A stretch of DNA of 64,000 bases from an uncultured Fluviicola sp. (GCA_965650135.1 CBFGNC010000015.1:22585-86584), one strand, 5' to 3'. Positions 20,701 through 29,971 are shown, numbered from the stretch's first letter. Notes: a model not told the origin generated them from the sequence alone. A program made the numbers and translations.

Positions 20701-21599
20701 AGATTTTGAATCCGAAGAGGTAAATCTGTTTCATCAATATGGATGAAATAGGTGTTCACGGCGCTATAGATATGCTGATTCCTGTCAAAATTGATTCCTG
20801 TACCATGATCCCAGCGATTGGGTCCTGCACCGAAAAACAAAAAATACTCATCCTCATCAAAAGTCGTATCTGAGTTCCCTACAAATTGAATGGAATTCTT
20901 TTTCAAATCATCACGGTACGGATCACTATTCAATTCGGAAAGTCTTCCGTCCGCATTTCCATACAAATTGATTGTTTTCGGATCCAAAAGATCCATATCC
21001 AATCCCATATTCTTGAAGAATGCCCGGTTCAACTGAAAAACACCATCATTCGATACCGTTATCTTATACCACGCACCACTGTTCAATACAGAACTGGAAG
21101 CGTAGCTTTTCAGCTGAGACGAATAAGAAGTTGTTACACCCCCAGGTGTCACTCTCAGTTTATACGAAATGATCTTTTCGAATCCAGATGTGGTCTGTAT
21201 ATAAGGAATACATTTTGAATTCAGATAATTCTCATTTCTTGACCTGGAAACCTTTGCTTCGATCTGTGCAGAATTCGGAATCTGAACCTTTATTCCGTTG
21301 AGATAATTTGTCTCGTAGGAGCTAACTCCTTCCGTTTTCACATCGACAATTGCAATCTGGTAGTTACCCGATTTGAACTTCTGCTGAAAAGAATGGATCG
21401 GAAGCTGATTTTCAAAATCTTCTCCAACAACGAAAGGAACCATGGTTTTAACACCGTTAATCGTCAATTCTTTCGGTTGTTCCCATTGAATTTCAACAGA
21501 AACATCCTGAGCTACAGATGAATGCCCTGCCAAAAGCAAAATGATGAGTTTGTAATATTTGTTAAAAATGTAACTTGCTTGTGTTTTGTCGTTTTTCAT
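17730..21599 (-). CDS. porU: type IX secretion system C-terminal signal peptidase/sortase PorU
   Basis: About 1290 aa, trimmed to MKNDKTQ. It has a gingipain-like cysteine peptidase core (HGG...TCEF context) and its own T9SS-type C-terminal domain (KGVYVYQLKVTMPDGKKAQKMEKLVLLR). Confidence 0.75.
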   Translation of the reverse strand: MKNDKTQASYIFNKYYKLIILLLAGHSSVAQDVSVEIQWEQPKELTINGVKTMVPFVVGEDFENQLPIHSFQQKFKSGNYQIAIVDVKTEGVSSYETNYLNGIKVQIPNSAQIEAKVSRSRNENYLNSKCIPYIQTTSGFEKIISYKLRVTPGGVTTSYSSQLKSYASSSVLNSGAWYKITVSNDGVFQLNRAFFKNMGLDMDLLDPKTINLYGNADGRLSELNSDPYRDDLKKNSIQFVGNSDTTFDEDEYFLFFGAGPNRWDHGTGINFDRNQHIYSAVNTYFIHIDETDLPLRIQNLSESPLPSTQTVNSYTYYDIHENELVNLVQGGQVWYGEPFDATLTQSFKFAIPNVDQSTAVQIDYAVATNANTAGNSFQVTYNGSQVDNLPLSSTSGDYIRNTSAFSFSPVTASIELVYTLNRVNASVKAYLDFIQIVGRRSLVFYGNSMLFRDVNSVGIGNVSLFTVSGMTATNHVWDVSSKTNPRLIEGTLTGGIFSFKQSTDTLREFVVFNETGFGQPNFVKQVDNQDLHALGQYDYIIVSPKQFLNQAVRLGNLHQANGLSTVVVDIEQVYNEFSSGNQDATAIRRFVKMFYERAGGNASLQPKYLCLFGDATYDPKNRVAGNNYMIPTYEYLNSENHISALVTDDYFGLLDNNESISGLDLMDIGVGRLLVSNATHAQTQVDKIEHYLKNGINSPIVSNDPNSCCIGETANMFGDWRQVYTNITDDEQGGTFITADAEPAFTQVQSSANEMNCEKIYSDAYTQVSTTGGHRYPEVLSAITDRVERGSLITNYIGHGGEVGAAEERIITIPQVNAWTNLNRLGLFVTATCEFTKFDDPSRESIGELISLNPKGGSIALMTTTRSVYISINTQVVASLFTHVIERDANFDPLPFGEIMRRTKNSSGSSDNRRCFNLIGDPALKICLPKWKIVTDSINHIAISNGADTVRALTKMHIVGHLEDNSGNKLTTFNGVLSPTIFDKPKTVQTLGNDQDSPIISFKTQKNALYKGRATVTNGDFKFEFVVPKDIDFNYGRGKISYYADNKVVDGDGWDSTFVVGGINPNPPVDNVGPELKIYLNDDSFVNGSIASSNPLLVVEAHDENGINTVGNGIGHDITAVLDGNTGNPIVLNEYYKSNLDSYQNGKLQYTLRNVAVGPHTLDVKMWDVNNNSSTIRLEFTVTENQEVQLDHVLNYPNPFTTHTMFMYEHNQSCASLETQINIYTVSGRLVKTINQLVPTSGFRVEGISWDGKDDFGDQLAKGVYVYQLKVTMPDGKKAQKMEKLVLLR

Positions 21600-21754
21600 A
21601 GCACAAAATTCGAAAACTAGATGAATGTTCAATCAAACGTATGAATTCTTTTTTTATTTTTGTGTTTCGGCGATTTAGTTGTAACCATTGTATTTTTTTT
21701 TCGTAACATTGGCAAACCAATGCTACAAATTAGCTTGAAAATATTCTTAACCGA

Positions 21755-22720
21755 ATGAGAAATATTAAACTATTAGCGTTTGTTGGATGCTTATTTGGCT
21801 CGTGTCAGTTATACGCACAAGACCCAACTTTTACGCAGTTTTACGCGAACCCCTTGTACCTGAACCCTGCTTTTGCCGGATCTCATGGATGTGCTCGTTT
21901 TTCTATGAATTATCGAAATGAATGGCCTAGCCTTTCTGGAAACTATGTTACATACAGCGCATCTTATGACCAATACTTCAAAAACATCTCAGGGGGGATT
22001 GGAATTTTAGCTACTCATGACATGCAAGGTCAGGGTACAATTAACACATCTATGTTAGGCTTGATTTACTCTTACCACTTGAAAGTAAATAGAAAGTTCG
22101 CCATGCTATTTGGAGTTCGGGCTGCCTGGTACCAAAAATTCTTAGACTGGGATAAATTGACCTTTGGGGATATGATCGATCCAAGAAGAGGGTTTATCTA
22201 CCAAACAGGGGATTTGAAGCGAGGCGGTTCAAGAGGTTTCTTTGATGCTTCAGCAGGATTTGTAGGATATTCAAAACATTTCTTTTTTGGTGGGGCAGTT
22301 CACCATTTGAACATGCCTAATGAGTCTGTAATCATTGGTAACTCACCGATGCCTATGAGATTCACAGGACATGTCGGTGCTGAAATTCCATTAGGTGGTA
22401 AATCCAAATACAACAATACGACTTCCATCATGCCGAACATCATATACCAATACCAACAAGGTTTCCAGGAAATCAATATCGGTACGTATATTAAATATGG
22501 TGCTTTCAATGCCGGTGCATGGTTCAGAAACAGAGATGCGTTTATCCTTACAATCGGTATCACGACTCCTTCTTTCAGAATCGGTTATAGCTATGATGTT
22601 ACCGTTTCGAGATTAAACAATGGTGTTTCAGGTGGTTCACATGAAGTTTCTTTAGGTATCTATACCAAGTGTAAAGGCCCTACTAAAACATTCAAAACAA
22701 TTTCTTGTCCATCATTCTAA
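21755..22720 (+). CDS. PorP/SprF family type IX secretion system membrane protein
   Basis: 321 aa with the N-terminal family signature DPTFTQFYANPLYLNPAFAG and a beta-barrel-like remainder. Confidence 0.75.
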   Translation: MRNIKLLAFVGCLFGSCQLYAQDPTFTQFYANPLYLNPAFAGSHGCARFSMNYRNEWPSLSGNYVTYSASYDQYFKNISGGIGILATHDMQGQGTINTSMLGLIYSYHLKVNRKFAMLFGVRAAWYQKFLDWDKLTFGDMIDPRRGFIYQTGDLKRGGSRGFFDASAGFVGYSKHFFFGGAVHHLNMPNESVIIGNSPMPMRFTGHVGAEIPLGGKSKYNNTTSIMPNIIYQYQQGFQEINIGTYIKYGAFNAGAWFRNRDAFILTIGITTPSFRIGYSYDVTVSRLNNGVSGGSHEVSLGIYTKCKGPTKTFKTISCPSF

Positions 22721-22762
22721 ACTATTTTTTGTAACCTTTTGTTGATAATCCGTTTATAAACT

Positions 22763-22770
22763 TAACTTTG
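22763..22770 (+). promoter_or_regulatory. candidate Bacteroidota -7 promoter box (TAACTTTG) for gldJ
   Basis: It matches the TAnnTTTG consensus and lies 34 nt upstream of the lipoprotein-type ATG at 22804. A TTTG sits about 20 nt further upstream. Confidence 0.35.
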
Positions 22771-22803
22771 GTGTCCCAAAAAAACGAAAAACAAACCAAG
22801 CAT

Positions 22804-24816
22804 ATGAAAATGTTGCGTTTATTTATCTTAGCAGTTGCAGGTGTTGCAATAGCTTCATGTAGTCGAGATTCATCCTCTAATACAGGATGGGATTACAACA
22901 ATGTACAGCATGGAGGCTTTCAGAAAGTTCCGTTTGTAGATCAGGAAACTGGTCCCGGATTGATCTTGATTGAAGGTGGTACATTCACAATGGGTATGGT
23001 CGAACAAGATGTTATGTTTGACTATAACAATCGTCCTGCTCGTGTAACTGTTTCATCCTTTTATATGGATCAGACAGAGGTTACGAATTTCCACTGGTTA
23101 GAGTACCTGTACTGGATTAAAAGATCTTACGAAAAGTACAACATGGTGTATCGCAATGCATTACCGGATACGCTTTCCTGGAGAAGTCCTCTGGCGTTCA
23201 TGGATAAATATGTAGATTATTACCTACGTCACCCTGCGTACAGAGATTATCCGGTTGTTGGTGTATCCTGGATCCAGGCAACAGATTATTGTAAATGGCG
23301 TACAGACCGAGTGAATGAGTACATTTTGATCCGTGAAGGCGTTTTAGGATGGGATGTTGATGCAGCAGATGCAGAAACGTTCAATACCGATGCGTACCTG
23401 GTAGGTCAATTCGAACAAGATGAAGAACTTGGTGGAAGAAAATTAAAAGACTTGGATCCATCCAACAGAGATGGTAAAAAATTAGGTGAGCGTATCGTTC
23501 GCATGGAAGATGGAATCCTTCTTCCTAGATACCGTCTACCAACTGAAGCAGAATGGGAGTTCGCGGCTCTTGGATTAATCGGAAACCTTTCCGAGGGAAC
23601 TGAGGTAATCACTGAGCGTCGTCAATATCCTTGGAATGGTCACTTCGTTCGTCAGGACAATAAAGAATTTACAGGTGCGATCCGCGCTAACTTCGTAAGA
23701 GGTAAAGGGGATTACATGGGGGTTGCCGGTCGTTTGAATGATGGTGCGGATGTAACAGCTCCGGTTGAATCTTTCTGGCCGAATGATTATGGTTTATACC
23801 ACATGGCCGGTAACGTTTCTGAATGGGTTATGGATGTTTATCGTCCATTGACTTCAGAAGATTACGATGAATTCCGCCCATTCCGTGGAAACGTATTCCA
23901 GACTAAAGTATTGAATAACGATGGAGCTGTTGAGCAAAAAGACCAACAAGTAATGTACGATGTTCATGGTATGAAAGAATACTTGAATGCTTTCGAGCGT
24001 GTGCGTTACCAACGTGTATCTGCAGCAAATCACGACCCGAACGATTCTATTATTCCTTCCGGAATTCAAATGCATAACAAAGCTGAGTTCCGCACCAAAC
24101 GTGGAGTTGCACCGGATGCATACTACGTTTCACACGGAAAAAAGAAAGACTCTATCGAATTAGCGCTTATTGCTGAAATCGGTGCTGTATTGGACAGAGC
24201 CATTATTGATAAGAACGAAAAATACGATATTGAAGCTTCTTCTTTGGTTCAGGATGAAATTTTCGAGGGAATTTTTGCTGAGCGTACAAGACAAGGCCGT
24301 GATGAAGAATACTCTTTTGAAATCATCCCTATGCTTCGTGAAGGATTCAATCAGTTCATCATTGGTACTCCGGGGAAATTGAAGTACAGAAATGTGACTG
24401 AGGAAGAGAACATTGGTCGTTTGAACTACCGTAAAGATGATTACATCGATTACTTGGATGGTGATATTGAAAGTTCAATTTACTATGACAACGACGATCG
24501 TAAGAACGGTATCAACGAAGCAACTCGTGATCCTCATCTGATCATGTACCAAAACGAATACGAAACGTACGATTTGAATGGTACTCCTATTAAACCGGAA
24601 GATAGAACGTCTTGGCCAACTACTTTAATCTCTGATAAATCAAGAGTTTACAAAGGTGGTTCTTGGAGAGATCGTGCTTACTGGTTGAATGCAGGGTCAA
24701 GAAGATTCCTGGATGAAAACCAATCTACTTGTACAATCGGGTTCCGTTGTGCGATGGATCGAATTGGAAGCCCGGTAGGTCACAACTACGGTAAAAAGAA
24801 ACAAAAGAAAAAATAA
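22804..24816 (+). CDS. gldJ: gliding motility lipoprotein GldJ (FGE-sulfatase/SUMF1-like fold)
   Basis: Lipoprotein signal LAVAGVAIASC. SUMF1-like motifs GGTFTMG, YPVVGVSWIQATDYC, RLPTEAEWEFAA and YKGGSWRD. The gldJ-murF adjacency matches what I recall from Flavobacterium johnsoniae. The TTG at 22768 in the ORF track is probably not the real start. Confidence 0.75.
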   Translation: MKMLRLFILAVAGVAIASCSRDSSSNTGWDYNNVQHGGFQKVPFVDQETGPGLILIEGGTFTMGMVEQDVMFDYNNRPARVTVSSFYMDQTEVTNFHWLEYLYWIKRSYEKYNMVYRNALPDTLSWRSPLAFMDKYVDYYLRHPAYRDYPVVGVSWIQATDYCKWRTDRVNEYILIREGVLGWDVDAADAETFNTDAYLVGQFEQDEELGGRKLKDLDPSNRDGKKLGERIVRMEDGILLPRYRLPTEAEWEFAALGLIGNLSEGTEVITERRQYPWNGHFVRQDNKEFTGAIRANFVRGKGDYMGVAGRLNDGADVTAPVESFWPNDYGLYHMAGNVSEWVMDVYRPLTSEDYDEFRPFRGNVFQTKVLNNDGAVEQKDQQVMYDVHGMKEYLNAFERVRYQRVSAANHDPNDSIIPSGIQMHNKAEFRTKRGVAPDAYYVSHGKKKDSIELALIAEIGAVLDRAIIDKNEKYDIEASSLVQDEIFEGIFAERTRQGRDEEYSFEIIPMLREGFNQFIIGTPGKLKYRNVTEEENIGRLNYRKDDYIDYLDGDIESSIYYDNDDRKNGINEATRDPHLIMYQNEYETYDLNGTPIKPEDRTSWPTTLISDKSRVYKGGSWRDRAYWLNAGSRRFLDENQSTCTIGFRCAMDRIGSPVGHNYGKKKQKKK

Positions 24817-24838
24817 TATTCAACACTATTAATAGAAA

Positions 24839-24868
24839 CCCCGACGAGCTAACTGTCGGGGTTTTTTT
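24839..24868 (+). terminator. intrinsic terminator after gldJ
   Basis: 7-bp stem ccccgac/gtcgggg, 9-nt loop, then T7. Confidence 0.7.
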
Positions 24869-24875
24869 ATGACAT

Positions 24876-26159
24876 ATGGAAGCAATATATACCTTATTTC
24901 AAAGCAGTACGGGTGTAGAAACAGATACTCGAAAAATCCAAAAAGGCTCACTATTCTTTTGTTTAAAAGGCGCTAATTTTGATGGGAATACATTCGCCGC
25001 GGAAGCAATCGAATCAGGTGCCCTGGCTGCAGTAATTGATAATCCGGATTACTATATCGAAGGAAAGACAATCCTGGTAGAGGATTCGCTGCTTGCTCTT
25101 CAGAACCTTGCAAGACATCATCGAAGTCAGTTTCAGATTCCCATTATCGGAATTACGGGAAGTAACGGTAAGACAACTTCTAAGGAACTTATTTCATCCG
25201 TATTAGCAACTCAGTTCCGGGTTCACTTCACCCAGGGGAATTTCAATAATCATATTGGAGTTCCATTGACGCTTTTACAGTTAACCCGAGCACATGAAAT
25301 TGCGGTCATAGAAATGGGTGCAAATAAACCAGGAGATATCAAGGAATTGGTTGATATATCCCTACCAACCCATGGGATTATCACCAATATCGGAAGAGCA
25401 CATTTGGAAGGTTTCAAATCATTGGAAGGCGTGATCAAAACCAAAACCGAACTGTTTGACTTTTTAGCCCAGCATGAAGGACATATCTTTGCAAATAAGG
25501 AAGATGAAACAATCATTCATAAACTTCCCTCAACGACGCATAATCACTTCTATAACGATCCGGCCGAATTGGGAGGTTCACTTCTAAAGCTCACCCCCTT
25601 GGTTGAAATGGAATGGTTCGAACCGAATTATTCAAGCCCTGCCATTCAGACCAACCTGGTAGGAGAATACAACTTCATTAATTTCCTGGCTGCGATCCGG
25701 ATCGGAAGATTCTTCGGAATCAGTCCCGAGAATTGCAATAAGGCTATTTCCGAGTACCAACCGACAAACAATCGTTCACAAGTCACTAAAACGGAAAGAA
25801 ATACCTTGATAGTGGATTGCTACAATGCAAACCCGACAAGTATGCGCTCTGCCCTATCCAGTTTTGCAAAAATTGATAATCATGCAAAAATCTTTATCCT
25901 GGGAGACATGCGTGAAATGGGTGATGATGCATCAATGGTTCATGAAGAAGTTATTCAACAGACCATCGATTTGCGCTTGAGTGGTTTTTTTATCGGTGAA
26001 GAGTTCCTGAAATTCAAAGGAACGCATCCCAATGCAATATTCCTGAAATCCACCGATCCGTTAATTGAGCATTTTACACAGAATCCACCTTCAGACTTAT
26101 TGATTTTATTGAAGGGTTCGAGAGGGATTTCATTGGAAAAGGTGATACCGTATTTATAA
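24876..26159 (+). CDS. murF: UDP-N-acetylmuramoyl-tripeptide--D-alanyl-D-alanine ligase
   Basis: 427 aa with the Mur ligase P-loop GITGSNGKTTSKE and a Mur ligase C-terminal domain. Confidence 0.85.
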   Translation: MEAIYTLFQSSTGVETDTRKIQKGSLFFCLKGANFDGNTFAAEAIESGALAAVIDNPDYYIEGKTILVEDSLLALQNLARHHRSQFQIPIIGITGSNGKTTSKELISSVLATQFRVHFTQGNFNNHIGVPLTLLQLTRAHEIAVIEMGANKPGDIKELVDISLPTHGIITNIGRAHLEGFKSLEGVIKTKTELFDFLAQHEGHIFANKEDETIIHKLPSTTHNHFYNDPAELGGSLLKLTPLVEMEWFEPNYSSPAIQTNLVGEYNFINFLAAIRIGRFFGISPENCNKAISEYQPTNNRSQVTKTERNTLIVDCYNANPTSMRSALSSFAKIDNHAKIFILGDMREMGDDASMVHEEVIQQTIDLRLSGFFIGEEFLKFKGTHPNAIFLKSTDPLIEHFTQNPPSDLLILLKGSRGISLEKVIPYL

Positions 26160-26199
26160 AACCATGTAGGCACGCGACACATCGCGCGCCTACATGGTT
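26160..26199. terminator. strong GC-rich hairpin between convergent murF and the acyl-CoA dehydrogenase gene
   Basis: Outer stem aaccatgtaggc/gcctacatggtt (12 bp) plus inner stem cgcga/tcgcg (5 bp), with one A-C mismatch between them. The U-tract is weak. Confidence 0.45.
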
Positions 26200-26287
26200 T
26201 TATCGCGAACCAACGCAAAAAAATGAAACAAAAAAAAATCGGGATGAAAATTTTCACCCCGATTTTTTTGTTTTGTAATGACCAATA

Positions 26288-27430
26288 TCAATCAGCCAAT
26301 ATATTTCTCGAAATCACAATCTTTTGTACTTCGGAAGTTCCCTCATAGATCTGAGTGATCTTCGCATCACGCATCAAACGCTCCACATGATATTCTTTTA
26401 CATATCCGTAACCTCCATGGATTTGAACAGCTTCTACCGTTTGCTCCATTGCCACTTTCGAAGCATACAATTTAGCCATTGCAGAAGATTGATCGAAGTT
26501 TCTACCGGCATCCTTATCAGCAGCAGCACGATAGACCAACAAACGGGCAGCTTCAATTTCTGTAGCCATGTCTGCAATCTTGAATGCAATTGCCTGATGC
26601 TTGTAAATTTCTTTTCCAAATGCCTTGCGCTCTTTCGAATAAGCAGTTGCCAATTCAAATCCTCCGGCAGCAATTCCTAATGCTTGAGCAGCGATTCCGA
26701 TACGTCCACCTGAAAGCGTTTTCATAGCGAATTTGAAACCAAATCCATCTTCACCGATACGATTCGCTTTTGGAACCTTTACGTCCTGGAACATCAAAGT
26801 ATGTGTATCACTTCCGCGAATACCCAATTTATCTTCCTTCGCTCCAACGATGAAACCTTCCATCCCACGTTCAACGATCAATGCATTGATTCCTCTGTGA
26901 CCCAACTCAGCATTGGTTTGAGCAATCACGATATAAGTGGAGGCTGTAGATCCATTTGTAATCCAGTTTTTCGTACCGTTTAACAAATAGTAATCTCCCA
27001 TATCAATAGCTGTCGTACGTTGAGAAGTAGCATCAGATCCAGCTTCTGGTTCAGACAAACAAAAAGCTCCGATTTTCTCTCCTTTTGCAAGAGGAACCAG
27101 GTATTTCATTTTTTGTTCTTCGTTACCGAATTTCTCAATACCCCAACAAACCAGGGAATTGTTCACTGACATACAAACTGAAGACGAGGCATCCACTTTG
27201 GAGATCTCTTCCATTGCAAGTACGTAGGACATCGTGTCCATACCTCCGCCTCCATATTTCGGATCAACCATCATTCCTAAGAATCCAAGTTCACCAAGTT
27301 GCTTCATTTCTTCAACAGGAAATTTTTGATCTCTATCTCGATCTATTACCCCAGGTTTTAAAACGTTTTGAGCGAAATCACGTGCAGCTTCTTTTACCGC
27401 TTTTTGTTCTTCTGTCAATTCGAAATTCAT
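26288..27430 (-). CDS. acyl-CoA dehydrogenase (short/medium-chain type)
   Basis: 380 aa, colinear with butyryl-CoA dehydrogenases. The C-terminal YEGTSEVQ motif is present. Confidence 0.9.
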   Translation of the reverse strand: MNFELTEEQKAVKEAARDFAQNVLKPGVIDRDRDQKFPVEEMKQLGELGFLGMMVDPKYGGGGMDTMSYVLAMEEISKVDASSSVCMSVNNSLVCWGIEKFGNEEQKMKYLVPLAKGEKIGAFCLSEPEAGSDATSQRTTAIDMGDYYLLNGTKNWITNGSTASTYIVIAQTNAELGHRGINALIVERGMEGFIVGAKEDKLGIRGSDTHTLMFQDVKVPKANRIGEDGFGFKFAMKTLSGGRIGIAAQALGIAAGGFELATAYSKERKAFGKEIYKHQAIAFKIADMATEIEAARLLVYRAAADKDAGRNFDQSSAMAKLYASKVAMEQTVEAVQIHGGYGYVKEYHVERLMRDAKITQIYEGTSEVQKIVISRNILAD

Positions 27431-27501
27431 CTGTATCGCAGTTTATTTTATATTTGTTTCAGGAGACAAATGTACCTATAAAAACTTAATTTTCGTCTTT
27501 T

Positions 27502-28572
27502 ATGAATTCATTCAAAATAATCGGCTTAATGTCAGGCACTTCACTTGACGGGGTTGATGTAACTTATGCGACATACACGAAGATTTCTGACAAGAATTGG
27601 GAGTTTGCCATTCATGCGTCCAACACATTCGAATTCCCTGAAATACTGCTTTCTAGCCTACACGAAGCAAGTAAATTATCAGGATCCCAATTAGCTACTT
27701 TAGATCACGATCTGGGAGAGTTTTTCTCTTCTTCGATCAATCAGTTCATAGAGGACAAAGCCATTTCACGAAAGGAAGTGGATGCCATTGCTTCTCACGG
27801 TCAAACCATTTTTCATCAACCGTCACGGGGATTTACAACCCAGATTGGGAATCCTGCTGTAATTGCTGTAAGAACAGGAATCAGGACCATTGGCGATTTC
27901 AGAACGAAAGACGTTCTCTACCACGGACAAGGAGCTCCTTTGGTTCCGATTGGCGACCAATACCTTTTCGGATCAAAGGCAGACGGATTTATCAATATCG
28001 GCGGCTTCGCAAATATCAGCTTTGAAGAAAAAGGAACCGTTCGGGCATACGATATCTGCCCCGCAAATCTCCCAATGAACAAACTGGCACGTGCAAAGCA
28101 CCTGGATTACGACAAAAACGGAAACCTGGCTCGTGCAGGTGAATTGAACTATTTCCTGCTCGATCTGCTGAATAGTTTGGATTACTACCAGGAGGAAGGT
28201 CCTAAATCATTGGGAACGGAGTGGCTGGAACAACATTTTTACCCCCTGCTCAAATTTGATAAAGACATCGAAAACAACCTGGCGACAGTTGTGGAACATA
28301 TTGCCATCCAACTAGGTGAAATTTGTACCAAAAAGGATCTGAAACGGGTAATGATCACCGGTGGAGGTGCGAAAAACACTTTCTTGGTTGAGCGTTTCAA
28401 ACGCTATTACACCGGAGAAATCATTTCAGTAGACAGCGAACTCGTTGATTATAAGGAAGCTTTGATATTCGGCTTACTAGGCGCACTCAATCTAAACGAC
28501 GAACCCAATTGTCTTTCGAGTGTCACCGGGGCTACGAAAAATGTAATCGGAGGAGTTCATCATTTACCATAA
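27502..28572 (+). CDS. anmK: anhydro-N-acetylmuramic acid kinase
   Basis: 356 aa with the N-terminal GLMSGTSLDGVD signature. Confidence 0.85.
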   Translation: MNSFKIIGLMSGTSLDGVDVTYATYTKISDKNWEFAIHASNTFEFPEILLSSLHEASKLSGSQLATLDHDLGEFFSSSINQFIEDKAISRKEVDAIASHGQTIFHQPSRGFTTQIGNPAVIAVRTGIRTIGDFRTKDVLYHGQGAPLVPIGDQYLFGSKADGFINIGGFANISFEEKGTVRAYDICPANLPMNKLARAKHLDYDKNGNLARAGELNYFLLDLLNSLDYYQEEGPKSLGTEWLEQHFYPLLKFDKDIENNLATVVEHIAIQLGEICTKKDLKRVMITGGGAKNTFLVERFKRYYTGEIISVDSELVDYKEALIFGLLGALNLNDEPNCLSSVTGATKNVIGGVHHLP

Positions 28573-28684
28573 GATTTCATTTGCATCAAAGATTCCTGTA
28601 GAATTCATGCATTTTAGCACGATGAAACAGCAATAATTCCTACTTTTGCCCTTCATATTTGAATGATTCAACGAATAAGTTAAC

Positions 28685-29914
28685 ATGAAAGATTTACTTC
28701 ACAAGTTTGAAAATAAGCGCCCGGAAATCGTTTTCGAGTGGAAAGATGCTGAGACTGAAGCAGAAGGATGGGTAGTTATCAATTCCTTGCGCGGTGGTGC
28801 AGCTGGTGGAGGTACCCGTATGCGTGTGGGTCTTGACAAACGTGAGGTTGAAAGTCTTGCAAAAACAATGGAGGTGAAATTCACCGTTGCAGGTCCTCCG
28901 ATCGGTGGAGCTAAATCAGGAATTAACTTTGACCCGAAAGATCCTCGTAAAGAAGGTGTTTTGAGACGCTGGTATGCAGCTGTCACACCACTTTTAAAGC
29001 ATTATTATGGAACGGGAGGAGATTTGAATGTGGACGAAATTCACGAAGTCATTCCAATTACGGAAGACTGTGGAATCTGGCATCCGCAAGAAGGAGTCTT
29101 TAACGGACATTTTCAACCGAGAGAAGCTCAGAAAATCAATCGTATCGGCCAATTGAGACAAGGTGTTCTGAAAGTGATTGAAGATACACAGTATAGCCCT
29201 AGTATCCAAAAGAAATATGTTATCGCTGATATGATCACCGGATACGGTGTTGCTCAATCTGTTGTGCACTATTATGATATTTGGGGTGGTGATCTGAAAG
29301 GAAAGAAAGTCATCGTTCAAGGTTGGGGAAATGTAGCTTCTGCAGGAGCTTATTATTTGGCTCAATCGGGTGCTAAAATCGTTGGAATTATTGACCGGGT
29401 TGGTGGATTGATTAATGAAAACGGATTCTCCCTGGAAGAAATCAAGGACTTGTTCCTGACCAAAAACGGAAACGAAATCATTCACCCGGATTTGAAATCA
29501 TTCGATGAGATCAACGCAAAAATCTGGGATATCCAGGCAGATGTTTTCATTCCATGCGCCGCTTCTCGCCTGATTACCCAAGAGCAAGTTGAACGTATGA
29601 TTAAATCTGGTGTGCAGGTAATTGCTGCCGGAGCGAACGTTCCATTTGCAGACAAGGAAATTTTCTTCGGACCAATAGCTGATTATGCAGATAACCACAT
29701 GTCAGTTATTCCGGATTTCATTTCCAATTGTGGGATGGCACGCGTTTTTGCTTATTTGATGAGTAACGACCTGAAAGAATTGACTGATAAAGGAATTTTT
29801 GAGGATACAAGCAAGATTATCGGTGATGCTTTGAGAAAAGCACACGCCAAAAATCCATCTAAAACAGGAATTGCAAAAGCTGCATTCGAAATTGCATTGA
29901 ACCAGTTGGTCTAA
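28685..29914 (+). CDS. Glu/Leu/Phe/Val dehydrogenase family (glutamate dehydrogenase-like)
   Basis: 409 aa with a catalytic-lysine region GPPIGGAKSGINFDP and a Rossmann motif VQGWGNVA. Confidence 0.8.
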   Translation: MKDLLHKFENKRPEIVFEWKDAETEAEGWVVINSLRGGAAGGGTRMRVGLDKREVESLAKTMEVKFTVAGPPIGGAKSGINFDPKDPRKEGVLRRWYAAVTPLLKHYYGTGGDLNVDEIHEVIPITEDCGIWHPQEGVFNGHFQPREAQKINRIGQLRQGVLKVIEDTQYSPSIQKKYVIADMITGYGVAQSVVHYYDIWGGDLKGKKVIVQGWGNVASAGAYYLAQSGAKIVGIIDRVGGLINENGFSLEEIKDLFLTKNGNEIIHPDLKSFDEINAKIWDIQADVFIPCAASRLITQEQVERMIKSGVQVIAAGANVPFADKEIFFGPIADYADNHMSVIPDFISNCGMARVFAYLMSNDLKELTDKGIFEDTSKIIGDALRKAHAKNPSKTGIAKAAFEIALNQLV

Positions 29915-29971
29915 TAAAATTCAAGGGGATAAAATTTGAACTTTTGAACCCCTTGAACAATTTGAACTCTG

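Noticed and set aside
22768-22803. N-terminal extensions in the ORF track starting at TTG or upstream ATG codons (gldJ 22768, porU 21632, S8 peptidase 52691, ABC ATPase 53496, paiB 56229, sppA 61133, 57965, 61804)
   Set aside because: In each case an internal ATG begins a clean signal peptide, lipobox or family-typical N-terminus. The extension would otherwise overlap a neighbouring gene or a promoter box.
24839-24868. Shared ccccgac/gtcgggg-T(n) stems in the terminators at 24839 and 63536, considered as copies of one repeat element
   Set aside because: Only the 7-bp GC clamp and the T-run are shared, while the loops and flanks differ. This fits independent canonical intrinsic terminators.
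25955-26257. 100-aa minus-strand ORF and a 41-aa plus-strand micro-ORF over the murF 3' end and terminator region
   Set aside because: They overlap the murF coding end and two hairpin terminators. The sequence is A/T-homopolymer driven, with no supporting motif.
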